Origin: Candidatus Dojkabacteria bacterium
Lineage (GTDB): Bacteria; Patescibacteriota; Dojkabacteria; SC72
Reading direction: 5' to 3'
Assembly (NCBI GenBank): GCA_040767225.1
Contig: JAXGOY010000005.1
Span: forward strand, 749-64,748
DNA length: 64,000 nt
Below the pieces are notes generated by a model that worked only from the letters and a program-made list of their open reading frames with translations, did not search any database and had not been told where the DNA came from. Within the stretch, counting starts at the first letter, position 1. Each line of letters starts with the position of its first letter. The translations under genes and the position numbers were made by a program. Positions 38,639 through 49,203 of this stretch are shown here, piece after piece.

Positions 38639-39535
38639 ATGAATGTTTTTATTGATATAATAATACTCTGTATATGTTTTTTCCTTCTGATTGTTGGATC
38701 AGAGTGGGTAATGAAAGGAGCTGTAGCATTAGCAAGAAGGCTTAATGTGAGTGAGCTTGTTATTGCCTCAACTATAATAGCATTGGGTACAGGTCTTCCC
38801 ACTATTGCAGTTAATTTGTTTTTAGTTTTAGGAAATTCAAATGGGGTTGATGTTGCTATCGGTAATGCACTTGGTACAAATTTTGTAAATATAGGACTAG
38901 GTTTTGGTATTCCTGCACTCCTTCTTACCATTGTTACAAAATATGAGGTTTTTGAAAAAGAAATACCTATATATTTAGGGATATGTTCTCTTCTTACCTG
39001 TTTTATGCTTGATTCAAAGATAACTAGAGTAGAAGGATTAATATTACTTTTTGCATATATATTTGCTCTGTTTATTATTTATCAATATTCCGTTAGGGAA
39101 AGATTAAAAGATGCAGATAAGGAAGAGATTGATGTTGATACAAGTACTATATCAACAATTACTACAGAAGGATTAACTATTTTAAAATCTTTGTTATACA
39201 TTATATGTGGTTTTTTGCTTTTAATTCTTTCTTCATTATGTCTTAATAACATGACAGGGAGATTAGTTTTAGATTTTAATATTTCTGAATATGTCCTTGG
39301 ACTTACAATTATTGGTATTGGAACATCAATTCCTATGATTTATACATCAATTAGATCTGCAAAGAAAGGATATACAGACATTATTGTAGGAAATGTGTTT
39401 GGAAGTACAATTGCAAATATTGCACTTGGTGCAGGACTTCCAGCTGTTATAACTCCAATTGCTCTTAATCAAGAGGCATTAAATGATATTTATTATTTCG
39501 GAATTTTAAATATGATAGTAATATTTGCTTATTGA
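38639..39535 (+). CDS. Na+/Ca2+ exchanger (CaCA/YrbG-like) membrane protein. The 3' end is truncated by a 1-nt deletion; the last TM helix is readable in the +1 frame at 39540-39638.
   Basis: Alpha-repeat motifs GNALGTNFVNIGLGFG and GNVFGSTIANIALGAG. After the stop, the +1 frame encodes DETTWEDKTLNWVSGLVIIVFYVVYLGSKFIH. A diverged downstream copy at 45.8 kb reads through continuously. Confidence 0.7.
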   Translation: MNVFIDIIILCICFFLLIVGSEWVMKGAVALARRLNVSELVIASTIIALGTGLPTIAVNLFLVLGNSNGVDVAIGNALGTNFVNIGLGFGIPALLLTIVTKYEVFEKEIPIYLGICSLLTCFMLDSKITRVEGLILLFAYIFALFIIYQYSVRERLKDADKEEIDVDTSTISTITTEGLTILKSLLYIICGFLLLILSSLCLNNMTGRLVLDFNISEYVLGLTIIGIGTSIPMIYTSIRSAKKGYTDIIVGNVFGSTIANIALGAGLPAVITPIALNQEALNDIYYFGILNMIVIFAY

Positions 39536-39675
39536 TTGAGATGAAACTACTTGGGAAGACAAAACACTTAACTGGGTATCAGGATTAGTAATTATCGTAT
39601 TCTATGTAGTTTATCTTGGTTCTAAGTTTATTCATTAGCTATTTTCTAAATCTAGGTGATAAATCAATTCTTCTT
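39465..39675. repeat. Direct repeat copy 1 (~210 bp): CaCA gene 3' end plus intergenic sequence plus the complement of the nadK 3' end
   Basis: About 90% identical to 45798-45995 (e.g. gaaactacttgggaaga...cacttaactgggtatcaggattagtaatta...ctaagtttattcattagctattttctaaatct). Confidence 0.8.
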
Positions 39676-40499
39676 GCAGCAAGATAAGGTTTTTAAAGAA
39701 TATTTTATAAGTGAGTTTTAGAACTTTATTGAAAGGGTTTTAAATTGCTTGATATTATAATGAATATAAATAATTGCTTGTAATTAATCAAAAACAAAAT
39801 TAAATTATGACAAAAGAGCAGAAATTTTATAAAACTCTACAGGATGTTTTCATTGGTGCTAAGATTGAAGGTGAGGGTGGTTTTGTTAACCTGATGAGCA
39901 TAAAATCAGCTATTATCGCAAGGTTGAAACTATTCTTAAAGAAGATGTTGAAAAAGCTTTAGAAAAAATATCCCTCATTTAGAGATGAGCTTTTTGATAA
40001 ACTATATTCGTTCTTCAGTCGGTATTTTACAGAGAGCGTGATCAATTTATTTTGACCAAACTTCTTTTCATAACAATATTTACGAAAAAGTTTATACTGA
40101 TGAAAAGGATGTTATTCTTTTTTGGAAGACACAGATGCTTTATTATGTTAAGACTGATAGGATTTTCAGAAGTTTACCCGTTGAGTTTGATGGCGTTTTA
40201 AGTTTCATTTGATGCTTCACAAATAGAAAACAAAAAAGCCAATGAAAAAGGAATTTGGTTTTTGAATTAAAAGAAATTAAAGAAGATAAAACAATTATTT
40301 TACTGTTTGTATTCTGTTAAAGGAGGTACAAAAACAAAAATCGGATAAGATACTAAAAGCAATAAAAGAAATAGCATTGCCATTACCGAAGAACAATTTT
40401 GGAAAAAGCATTTAAGGTCTTTGAAAACAGAGTGAGGTTGATTTTTTCATTAACAAAAATGCCAGAGCGAGTTTACAGGAGCAATTTAACCATAGAGTT

Positions 40500-41600
40500 A
40501 TCAGTACTTTTGGAAGGAGCAACTGAATGGAGATAGAGTCAATGAGCTGCAAATCTTAAAAGACATTGCTTTTAAGATTATTGATTTCATTTCACAGTTT
40601 GAAGACGAACTGAAATCTGGAACAAACCGAAGTTTGTCAAGAAATTGAACTATGTAGTTACTCTGGATAGAATTAAAGATATATCATTAGTAGAAAAGAT
40701 TTTAAAACATGAAAATACAGATGAGCAATTAAAGAATGGCAAGAACTTGCATTGTAGACGATAACTTTGGGAGAGGCGGGGATATTTTACAACAGATTTA
40801 ACAGGTAAGCATTTATCAGGAAGATATCAACATTTGCCGATTGATACAAAAATATTTCAAGAATTTGAATTTGAAATTTTGAGTCAGTTTGAAGATTTAG
40901 ATAATTCTTTAGACGGCTGGTTGATAAAGAGTGAAAATTATCAGGAAAATAAATACAATCCTGCCAAAATTCAAAGAAAGAGTGCAGACAATTTATATTG
41001 ATCCACCGTTTAATACGGGCGATGATTTCCCCTATATTGTTGATAAATTTCAGGATTCAAGTTGGTTATCGTTGATGATAGACTATTTGCATCTAGAAAA
41101 GATTTTATCAAAAACTGGTAATTACTTTGTTCATTTAGACAAAATGCGAGTTATTTGGCGGAGAATAATCTTAAATAAAATGCTAGGCAATGACAACTTT
41201 AAGAATTAGCAATTTGGGGATATGAAAAACCAAGAATTGCTAAGAATAAATTTAAAGAAATCATGATAATATTCTTTTTTTATTGCAAGGATATGGATAA
41301 CTCAATATTTAATATTCAATATACAGAGAAGAAAAATGATGAAAATAATAGGCATGAAAAAAATTATGAAGGTAAAATTTAGGGACAAGTGGGATATTCC
41401 TTCATACTCTACGATATTGTTCGCAAGAGAAAGAGTATATTTCCCATCTCAAACCAGAAAAGCTTGCGGCTAGAATTATCGATTGTTCAATGAAAAAGAA
41501 TGAAAATGATTTTATTCAGATTTCTTTTTGGGCAGTGGGTACGAATAGCGGTAGCCTGGTAAGTTATCTAAAAAATGGATAGGAATTGAAATGGGTAAGG
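40500..41600 (+). pseudogene. Remnant of a beta-class DNA N6A/N4C methyltransferase (Type III Mod-like), multiply frameshifted
   Basis: Motif IV IYIDPPFNTGDDF at about 41000, followed by SSWLSLM, then PEKLAARIIDCS...DFFLGSG (motif I) in shifted frames. Stops in all frames. Confidence 0.55.
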
Positions 41601-43279
41601 TGTTTAGCAGATTTACGTGAAGATATTATGACGATAGATAAAACAGACGAAGAGGTTAATAACAGCGAAGACAAATTTAAAGTTTTAGAAATAATAAAAG
41701 ATACTAAAAATCAACGGGTTATATGAGTTCTAAAATTTGGAATTTTAGGAAAATGAAAATGGTTTTAGCTGAAGTATCGTGAGCCAACAAAACTTGCTAG
41801 AGATTTAAATTATCAAGGAGGCGGTTTCTTCAAATACTACGAACTAGAGCAATATGAAGAAGCACTGGCAAACTGTAAATATCAAGATGGAGATTTGTTT
41901 AATGCACCTGGTAGAAGTCCTTATCAGGAATATGTCTTTATGAAAGATGAGAAAATGCTTAAAGCAATGAAAAATTATCATAAGAATGATAGAGTAGAAG
42001 TTGATTTATCAAAACTTTATTCTAATATAGATATTGCTGAGACTATCTAATCTAACAGGTAAATGGGTTAAAAAATTAGCGATGGTCAAGTTGAATTTGA
42101 TGATGGAACAAAAATTAATACCAAAGATTTGGATTACAAATTAATAAAGCCTTTAATTAGTGGGAATAAATCGAGGTTCCTGCACAACAAGAAAAATAAG
42201 AAAAACAAGTAAGAGAAATTTTAGAAAATTGCCAAAAGGAATTCGATATACTGGATTTGGTAAGGAGTATTAATGAAGCCCTACCTGATATAAAAATAAA
42301 TACAATTCATGGGACTATGTGGAATCTCAAACAGAAAATCGACAAAGGAGAAGTTAAAGATATTGTTGCAATTCAGAAAGAGGTTTGTATATTTTACAGA
42401 AATATTATAAAGAAGAGGGATATGGTGAAAGCAAGAAATAAAAGAAATAAAAGAGATTAAAAGAAGAGATTTTTATAAGTTATTTGCTGATTATTTAGTA
42501 AACGATTTAGAAGAATGTACAAAAGCAATACCATTAGGTGGCAATAGGTTCCAAGATAGATGGGGTACACCAGATGTTATTGGAACTTACAGAGTTTTTG
42601 GTATTGGGCATATTCAACCACCAACCGAGGTTGTAAGTGCTGAAATAAAATAGATGTCAAATCAATTAATTACATCCTTCGGCTAAGTTGTTCATAAACT
42701 TTTCAGTCATAAAGTTTATTTAGTTATTCCAAGAGATTCTCGTATGGTTGATATTAAAAGAATTGAAGCATTGTGTCTTAAATTTGGTATTGGTTTGATT
42801 TTTAACAAAAATAATAAAGAAATCCTGAATTTGAAATATTAACTAGAGCTATGAAAAGTGAGCCAGATTATTATTATTTAAACAAATATTTAAAATTGAT
42901 TGATGACAACATAGCAAAAGATTTATTTTAATTATGGCCAAAGAGGAAACAAAACAAATCAGCCAATATCTTCAACACATAGTAGAGGATATCCCTGAAA
43001 ATCTGCCAGTAAAATGGCAGGCATTTAACTTTGCACGATTTTCAAAAGACAAAACACTTTTTGATTTTCAAAAGCAAGGTCTTCAAAATGCACTTAAGAG
43101 TTTCAGGCTTTATTTTAATGAGTATACAGAGAGAATAAAGTAGATTTATATAATCTCTATCAGGCGAATGGTCTATCAGAAAATTTTGATTATGATTTGA
43201 AAAAGCGAGAAGGTAAGAAAAACGGCAAAGTATCTTTTTTGGAATATGATAAGGATTATCCTGCCATAGATTCAAAATT

Positions 43280-44925
43280 TCTTTGCTTATTTTATTAATC
43301 AGATGAGTTTTTGGATGGCAACTGCTTCGGGCAAGACACTTATTATCGTTAAACTGATTGAGCTTTTAGGTGGGGCCTACGTCGGCGCACTACCAGCCCG
43401 GGATATTCTTTTGGCACACCGTGATGACCTTTGACCAATTCAAAAATCATGTTGAGGAATTTAACAGCTTTAACTTTGGCACAAAAATAGATCTAAAAAA
43501 TTTGAGAGATTATGAGAGAGCGTCGCTGGTGAATACTCATCGTTTGCCAAATGAGATTACCGTTTTTTATTACTGTTCTGATTTAATTTCTGATGAACAG
43601 AAAGAAAAAATCATCAATTTCAAAACTACGACAACGATGGCAAATGGTATATCCTTTTTGGATGAAGCCTACAAAGGTGATAAAGAAGATAGCAAGCGAC
43701 AAATTTTATACTCTACTTTCAAGAAATGGATTTTTGTTTAATTTTTTCGCAACCTTACTGACCCGAGAGACTTTGCAACTTAGGTGTTCTTAATTTCAAT
43801 CTTTCAAGATTCGCTGAAGAGGGATACAAGGTAAGCATATTTATGTATCCGAACAAGTATTGCTGCTTTTCGTCGGGAAACTGATTTTTCAAAACAGGAA
43901 AACAAAAAATTGTTCTGAAAGTTTTTTTAATTCTTTTTGCATATCAATAAAAATTTTGAAAATATAAGAAAAAATTGACGCTAAAACTTTATCATCCATT
44001 GCTTTTAACTTTGGTTAATTCAGTTAATAAGCCAGATGCGGATTTGAAGCTGTTTTTTAAAGAAATTGAATATTGGCAGCGCAAGCGCCAAATCAAAGAA
44101 TTTTTACTCAAGCGATAGATGATTTAGTAAATGAGTTTTCAAGAAATCCGGTGTTTAAATTTGAAGAAAAGGAAAAAGTGATTCTGATATTAAGAGATTA
44201 AAAAAAATAACTTACAAGGATGTTTTGAATTGGTATTTAACGCTAAAAATTCAGGTTCAATAGAAATTTATTTAGACCATCTGATAAAAGTCAAGTGGCT
44301 TTTAAATTAACTACTTCAGATAGGTATTTTGCATTGATTAAGACTGGAGAAATGCCACAGTGGCTGAAAGATGAATTAAATCGATTTAATATCAATCATC
44401 GTTTTGAAACTGAAGGATTTTTTGAGACGCTCAATCGTGATGATTCCGACATAAACATTTTAATGGTTCCCGCTCTTTATGAAGGTTGGGATTCTAACAG
44501 ACCTAACTTGTTGTTTGTAAATATAGGTGTAGGAAATGATACTAAAAAATTTGTTTTGCAATCGGTAGGGAGAGGTGTAAGAGTAGAACCGTTAAAGGGT
44601 AAAAAGAAAGCGCCTCATTGATTTATTTAATATGGAGCAAGTTGATTCGCAGTTATTTGAAAAGATAAAAGATTTAGTTTTGCCAGTTGAGAGTTTATTT
44701 GTTTTTGGTACTAATGCAGAAAATCTGATAGAAATAATTGCAACATTAAAAGCAGAGAAACAAGATAGAAATTTAGGAGATCTGTTTATTTTGAACTCTC
44801 CTGAAGCGCAAAAACATCTCCTTTTAGTTCCAGTTTATAAAACTACGGAGAGAATTTTTGCTGAAGAAGAAAATCTACCAAAATATCCACGAAGCCAGAA
44901 GACTTTAATATAGCATCGGAATTTT
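43280..44925 (+). pseudogene. Remnant of an SF2-helicase-type restriction endonuclease subunit (Type III Res-like), multiply frameshifted
   Basis: Walker A ...ATASGKTLII... near 43340, a DEAYKG motif-II-like segment near 43670, and motif VI QSVGRGVRV near 44565. All lie in different frames separated by stops. Confidence 0.5.
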
Positions 44926-45797
44926 ACGGATTTTTGGGTGACAAAGTCTCTAGTGAAATATGATTGTAGTTAAGGTTTTAAAAAGCAAAGGAAAGTTTTA
45001 TTGAAAAAGAGCGATATTACGATTTTAGTGAGAAGAATTCTCTTTTGAGCCAGAGTTAATTTTGGCAGGATTTTTTGATTATCTGGGGTAAAAACAGAGA
45101 GCTTGACGATTTTAAGGAATTGGAAGATGAGATTGTTCATTTCAAAAGATTAGATTTACTTGATGGTAAAAAATATGAAGAAATTAAACAAAAAGATAGA
45201 AGAAGTTAAATATTATCCAGAAAGACAAAGAGAGTTGGATAAGCAGTATGGTAAAATTCTAAGAGAAGAATTTGAAAAAACAGATTACTATGTTCGAGCA
45301 GGCTGGAAATTTTGAGATAGATAATCAGAAATTGCCATTAAGTATTTAGCAAATCATTGTTATCTTCCTATAATACTTTCAGAGACTGAAAAATTTAACT
45401 ATCTTAATCATATTATCGATGTTGATAGTGAAGTAAAATTTATTGAGCAATTGGAAGAGTATCTTGCAAAACCTGATAATATCTTTATGCAATTTGACTG
45501 CGGATGTTTTCAAAACTGGATCAAACATTAGATGAAGTTTTGATTCCTTATTATAATCCAAAAGAAAATAATATCGCGAATTTTAAACCGGATTTTTATT
45601 TTTAAAGTACAAAAAGGTAAGCACTATTTAATTTCTATTTGTTGATCCAAAGGGGACAGAATATGCAGATGGATACAGAAAAATTGATGGATATTCAAAA
45701 ATATTTTGAGACTGGTGAACAAAAGGAAAGTAAAGATTTTTTATACAAATGGCTTTACAATAAACACGAAACTATTACTTAAACCAAAACGAGGAAT

Positions 45798-45995
45798 CGC
45801 AGAGGATTTATTATTTTGGGATTTTAAATATGATAGTAATATTTGGTTTATTGGTTGAAATGAAACTACTTGGGAAGAATAAAGCACTTAACTGGGTATC
45901 AGGATTAGTAATTATTGTATTCTATGTAGTTTATCTTGGCTCTAAGTTTATTCATTAGCTATTTTCTAAATCTATGTGATAAATCAATTCTTCTT
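45798..45995. repeat. Direct repeat copy 2 (~200 bp). It retains an uninterrupted frame for the CaCA C-terminal helix and overlaps the functional 3' end of nadK.
   Basis: Translating the window sequence gives YFGILNMIVIFGLLVEMKLLGKNKALNWVSGLVIIVFYVVYLGSKFIH*, continuous in copy 2 and frameshifted in copy 1. Confidence 0.8.
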
Positions 45996-46708
45996 TTTAA
46001 GAATTCATTTTTATTTAGAAATCCTATTTTTATCTCACTACCCTTTTTAAGAAGTAGAGTATCACCCTCATTTAATACTCCTGTCTGTATGTTAGAAAGA
46101 TATATTTTTGTCCCATTTGCTTTAATATGGATTTTTTGAAAAGGAATAATATCATTTAAATATCTATTGCATACAACACCAGTAACTGACAGAAGATCTG
46201 AATCAAGAGGAAGAATTCTCCCCCCATTATTATAATTAAATGCAGTAGAACCAATTGTAGTACTTATGCAAATACCACCTCCTTTTATTTCAAAGTTATC
46301 AAAATCTTTCTGTTCTGTTGAAATATTAAAAGTAAAATAGCTGGTAATTTTGTCGCCTAGAATAACATCATTTACAGCCTCTCCAAGCTTCTTTCTATTT
46401 AAATATACCTGTATAGCATGTGAAGAAAGAGTATCTATTTTTATCTCATCGTTCAATATTTTATTTATTGTTTGTATATCATCATCAAACTGATTCATAA
46501 GGAAGTTAAAAGTACCCATTGCTTTACCTAAATATGGAATTCCTTTATCAATTGTTTTATGAATTGCATGGAGCATAGCACCATCACCCCCTGCAACAAG
46601 ATATAGATCAGGTTTCTTTTCTGTAAGAAGGTTTGGAAAATTATTCTTTATTAATATATTAAAATCCTTTACCCTAGGATCTTTATTTATTAAGTACTTT
46701 ATTCTCAT
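45959..46708 (-). CDS. nadK: NAD+ kinase
   Basis: GGDGAMLHA, GTFNFLMN and GGGICISTTIGSTAFNYNNGG. Confidence 0.85.
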   Translation of the reverse strand: MRIKYLINKDPRVKDFNILIKNNFPNLLTEKKPDLYLVAGGDGAMLHAIHKTIDKGIPYLGKAMGTFNFLMNQFDDDIQTINKILNDEIKIDTLSSHAIQVYLNRKKLGEAVNDVILGDKITSYFTFNISTEQKDFDNFEIKGGGICISTTIGSTAFNYNNGGRILPLDSDLLSVTGVVCNRYLNDIIPFQKIHIKANGTKIYLSNIQTGVLNEGDTLLLKKGSEIKIGFLNKNEFLKRRIDLSHRFRK

Positions 46709-46784
46709 GAAATAGAGTATATCAAATTGAGGTCGTATTGTATTTATATTAAATATGGTATAATTAAATGTCTATGTTAAGAAA

Positions 46785-46804
46785 GGTGTTAATGCATTAA
46801 CACC
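46785..46804. promoter_or_regulatory. Perfect 20-bp palindrome GGTGTTAATGCATTAACACC in the divergent nadK/RRM-protein intergenic region; candidate operator
   Basis: The 8-bp arms are exact reverse complements around TGCA. It lies about 60 nt upstream of the RRM-protein start. Confidence 0.3.
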
Positions 46805-46867
46805 CCGTGTAGGTTACCTTAAAAAGTGTGCTTATCCGTAGTCTGTTTATTTTTTATTTATAATTAA

Positions 46868-47152
46868 ATGCAAAACAAACTTTTTGTTGGGAACCTGTCA
46901 TGGGATACCACAGATGAGACTTTGTCTCAGCTTTTCTCCACTGTTGGAGAAGTAACAGAAGCAAAAGTAATTGTTGACAAATTCAAAGGAAGATCAAAAG
47001 GCTTCGGATTTGTTACAATGGCTTCTGAAGAGTTGGCTCAGAAAGCAATGGAAGAGCTTAACGGAAAAGAGCTTGATGGCAGAGCTATCAATGTCTCTAT
47101 TGCAAGACCTCAGAGAGAGGAAGGCAATAGAAGAGAGAATTTCTATAGATAA
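46868..47152 (+). CDS. RRM-domain RNA-binding protein
   Basis: RNP-2 LFVGNLSW and RNP-1 KGFGFVTM, with an RG-rich C-terminal tail. Confidence 0.8.
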   Translation: MQNKLFVGNLSWDTTDETLSQLFSTVGEVTEAKVIVDKFKGRSKGFGFVTMASEELAQKAMEELNGKELDGRAINVSIARPQREEGNRRENFYR

Positions 47153-47179
47153 TTATTAATAGTTATTTGGAAATTAAAA

Positions 47180-47212
47180 AGAGCTGGGCTAAATACTCAG
47201 CTCTTTTATTTT
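47180..47212. terminator. Bidirectional intrinsic terminator hairpin (AGAGCTG-loop-CAGCTCT plus T-run) between the convergent RRM gene and uvrB
   Basis: 7-bp perfect stem followed by TTTTATTTT on the plus strand and an A-run on the other. It overlaps the uvrB stop codon. Confidence 0.45.
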
Positions 47213-49153
47213 ATCCCTTAACTCTGCTGCTTTTTCAAATTGTAGATTATCTGCTGCAAGAAGCATTTTTGCTCTTAAATCTTTAATTAGCATTTTCTTT
47301 TGTTTTTCACTTAGCTTCTCTATTTCAATATCTAAATCTTTCTTTTGATCATCATCTTTTTTTACAAGAGAATCTCTAATTTCTTTTTTTATACTGGTAG
47401 GTGTAATATTGTGTATTCTATTGTATTCTTCCTGATATTTTCTTCTCCTATTTGTTTCATCTATTGCATATTTCATGCTTTCAGTAATTGTATCTGCATA
47501 CATAATTACTCTCCCATTAATGTGCCTAGCAGCTCTCCCTATTGTCTGAACAAGACTAATCTTAGACCTTAAAAATCCCTCCTTATCAGCATCAAGTATT
47601 ATTACAAGAGATACCTCTGGGAGATCAATACCCTCTCTTAACAAGTTTATTCCAACAAGCACATCAAATTCACCAAGTCTTAAATTCCTTAATATTTCAA
47701 CCCTTTCAACAGTATCAATATCAGAGTGTAAATATGCCACCTTTATATCAAAATCTGCCAAGTATGAAGTTAAATCTTCTGCCATTCTTTTAGTTAATGT
47801 AGTAATCAATACTCTTTCTTTCCTTTCTACATTCTTTCTTACTTCTGAAATAACATCATCAATCTGATTTTTTGTTTTTCTGACCTCTACCTTAGGATCA
47901 AGAAGACCTGTAGGTCTTGTAAGAAGCTCTACAACAGTATTTCTGCTGTCTCTAATTTCCCATTCATCAGGCGTTGCAGAGAAATATATTGTAGCACCTT
48001 GTTTTTTTCTAAACTCATTAAAATTAAGAGGCCTGTTATCATATGCAGAAGGAAGTCTAAAACCATGTTCAACCAAATTTGTCTTTCTTGCTCTGTCCCC
48101 ATTATACATTCCTCCAATCTGAGGAACAGTAATATGAGATTCATCAATAAACAAAAGATAATCACTTGGAAAGTAATCAAGTAAAGTAAAAGGAGGCTGT
48201 CCTGTTTTTCTTCCATCAAAATATATTGAGTAGTTTTCCATTCCTTTACAAAACCCAACCTGTGTCATCATTTCAATATCATATCTAGTTCTCTGTTCAA
48301 GTCTTTGAGCTTCAACTTCTTTGCCAATATTTCTAAGAAATGCAGTTCTTTGCTCTAAATCTTTCTCAATATTTGTAACTGCCCTTGCCATTGTATCAGC
48401 ATCATATACAAGTGGGGTAGCAGGAAATATATCAATATTATCAACATCATAAATAACCTTTTTTGATACAGGCTCAATGTATGAAATTCTTTCAATCCTA
48501 TTACCCCAAAACTCAATTCTTACAGGAAAATCCTCATAAGGCATATATATTTCTATAGTATCTCCCCTAATTAAAAATGTACCAGATATTAAATCAGTTG
48601 ACTCTCTTTCATATCTTAAAAATGTCAAATCACGAGCAAGTTTTCCCATATCAGTATTCTCTCCAACTCTTACTTCAAATGATTTGTTTTCATAGTTATC
48701 AGGACTTCCAATATTGTAAATACATGAGACACTAGCAACAACGATAGTATCTCTTCTTGTTCTAGCAGCATTCATTGCACTCAGTCTTAATTTTTCAATT
48801 TCTTCATTTACCTCAGACTCTTTTTCAATGTAAAGATCTCTTGATGGGATATATGCCTCTGGCTGGTAGTAATCATAGTATGAAACAAAATATTTTACAG
48901 CGTTATCAGGAAAGAACTCCTTAAATTCCTCATACAGCTGTGCAGCTAATGTCTTGTTATGTGAAAGAACTAATGTTGGCTTTTGAAGCTGAGCCACTAT
49001 ATTCGCCATTACATATGTTTTTCCTGAACCTGTTACACCAAGCAGTACTTGTTTCTCTTGTCCCTTTTTAAAGTTTTGAATTAACTCATCTATAGCTTTT
49101 TGCTGATCTACAGAAGGAGAATATTTTGATATTAAGTTGAATTTTTCTTCCAT
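47189..49153 (-). CDS. uvrB: Excinuclease ABC subunit B
   Basis: Walker A GVTGSGKT, beta-hairpin, helicase motifs, and a C-terminal UVR domain (LQFEKAAELRDKIKEL). Confidence 0.95.
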   Translation of the reverse strand: MEEKFNLISKYSPSVDQQKAIDELIQNFKKGQEKQVLLGVTGSGKTYVMANIVAQLQKPTLVLSHNKTLAAQLYEEFKEFFPDNAVKYFVSYYDYYQPEAYIPSRDLYIEKESEVNEEIEKLRLSAMNAARTRRDTIVVASVSCIYNIGSPDNYENKSFEVRVGENTDMGKLARDLTFLRYERESTDLISGTFLIRGDTIEIYMPYEDFPVRIEFWGNRIERISYIEPVSKKVIYDVDNIDIFPATPLVYDADTMARAVTNIEKDLEQRTAFLRNIGKEVEAQRLEQRTRYDIEMMTQVGFCKGMENYSIYFDGRKTGQPPFTLLDYFPSDYLLFIDESHITVPQIGGMYNGDRARKTNLVEHGFRLPSAYDNRPLNFNEFRKKQGATIYFSATPDEWEIRDSRNTVVELLTRPTGLLDPKVEVRKTKNQIDDVISEVRKNVERKERVLITTLTKRMAEDLTSYLADFDIKVAYLHSDIDTVERVEILRNLRLGEFDVLVGINLLREGIDLPEVSLVIILDADKEGFLRSKISLVQTIGRAARHINGRVIMYADTITESMKYAIDETNRRRKYQEEYNRIHNITPTSIKKEIRDSLVKKDDDQKKDLDIEIEKLSEKQKKMLIKDLRAKMLLAADNLQFEKAAELRDKIKELSI

Positions 49154-49203
49154 ACTGCTAATTTTAACAGATTACTGCACTTGTGTGTTAAAATATTATC
49201 AAT

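Noticed and set aside
45936-46139. 67-aa plus-strand ORF overlapping the nadK 3' end and repeat copy 2
   Set aside because: Lies antisense to the nadK C-terminus. No features.
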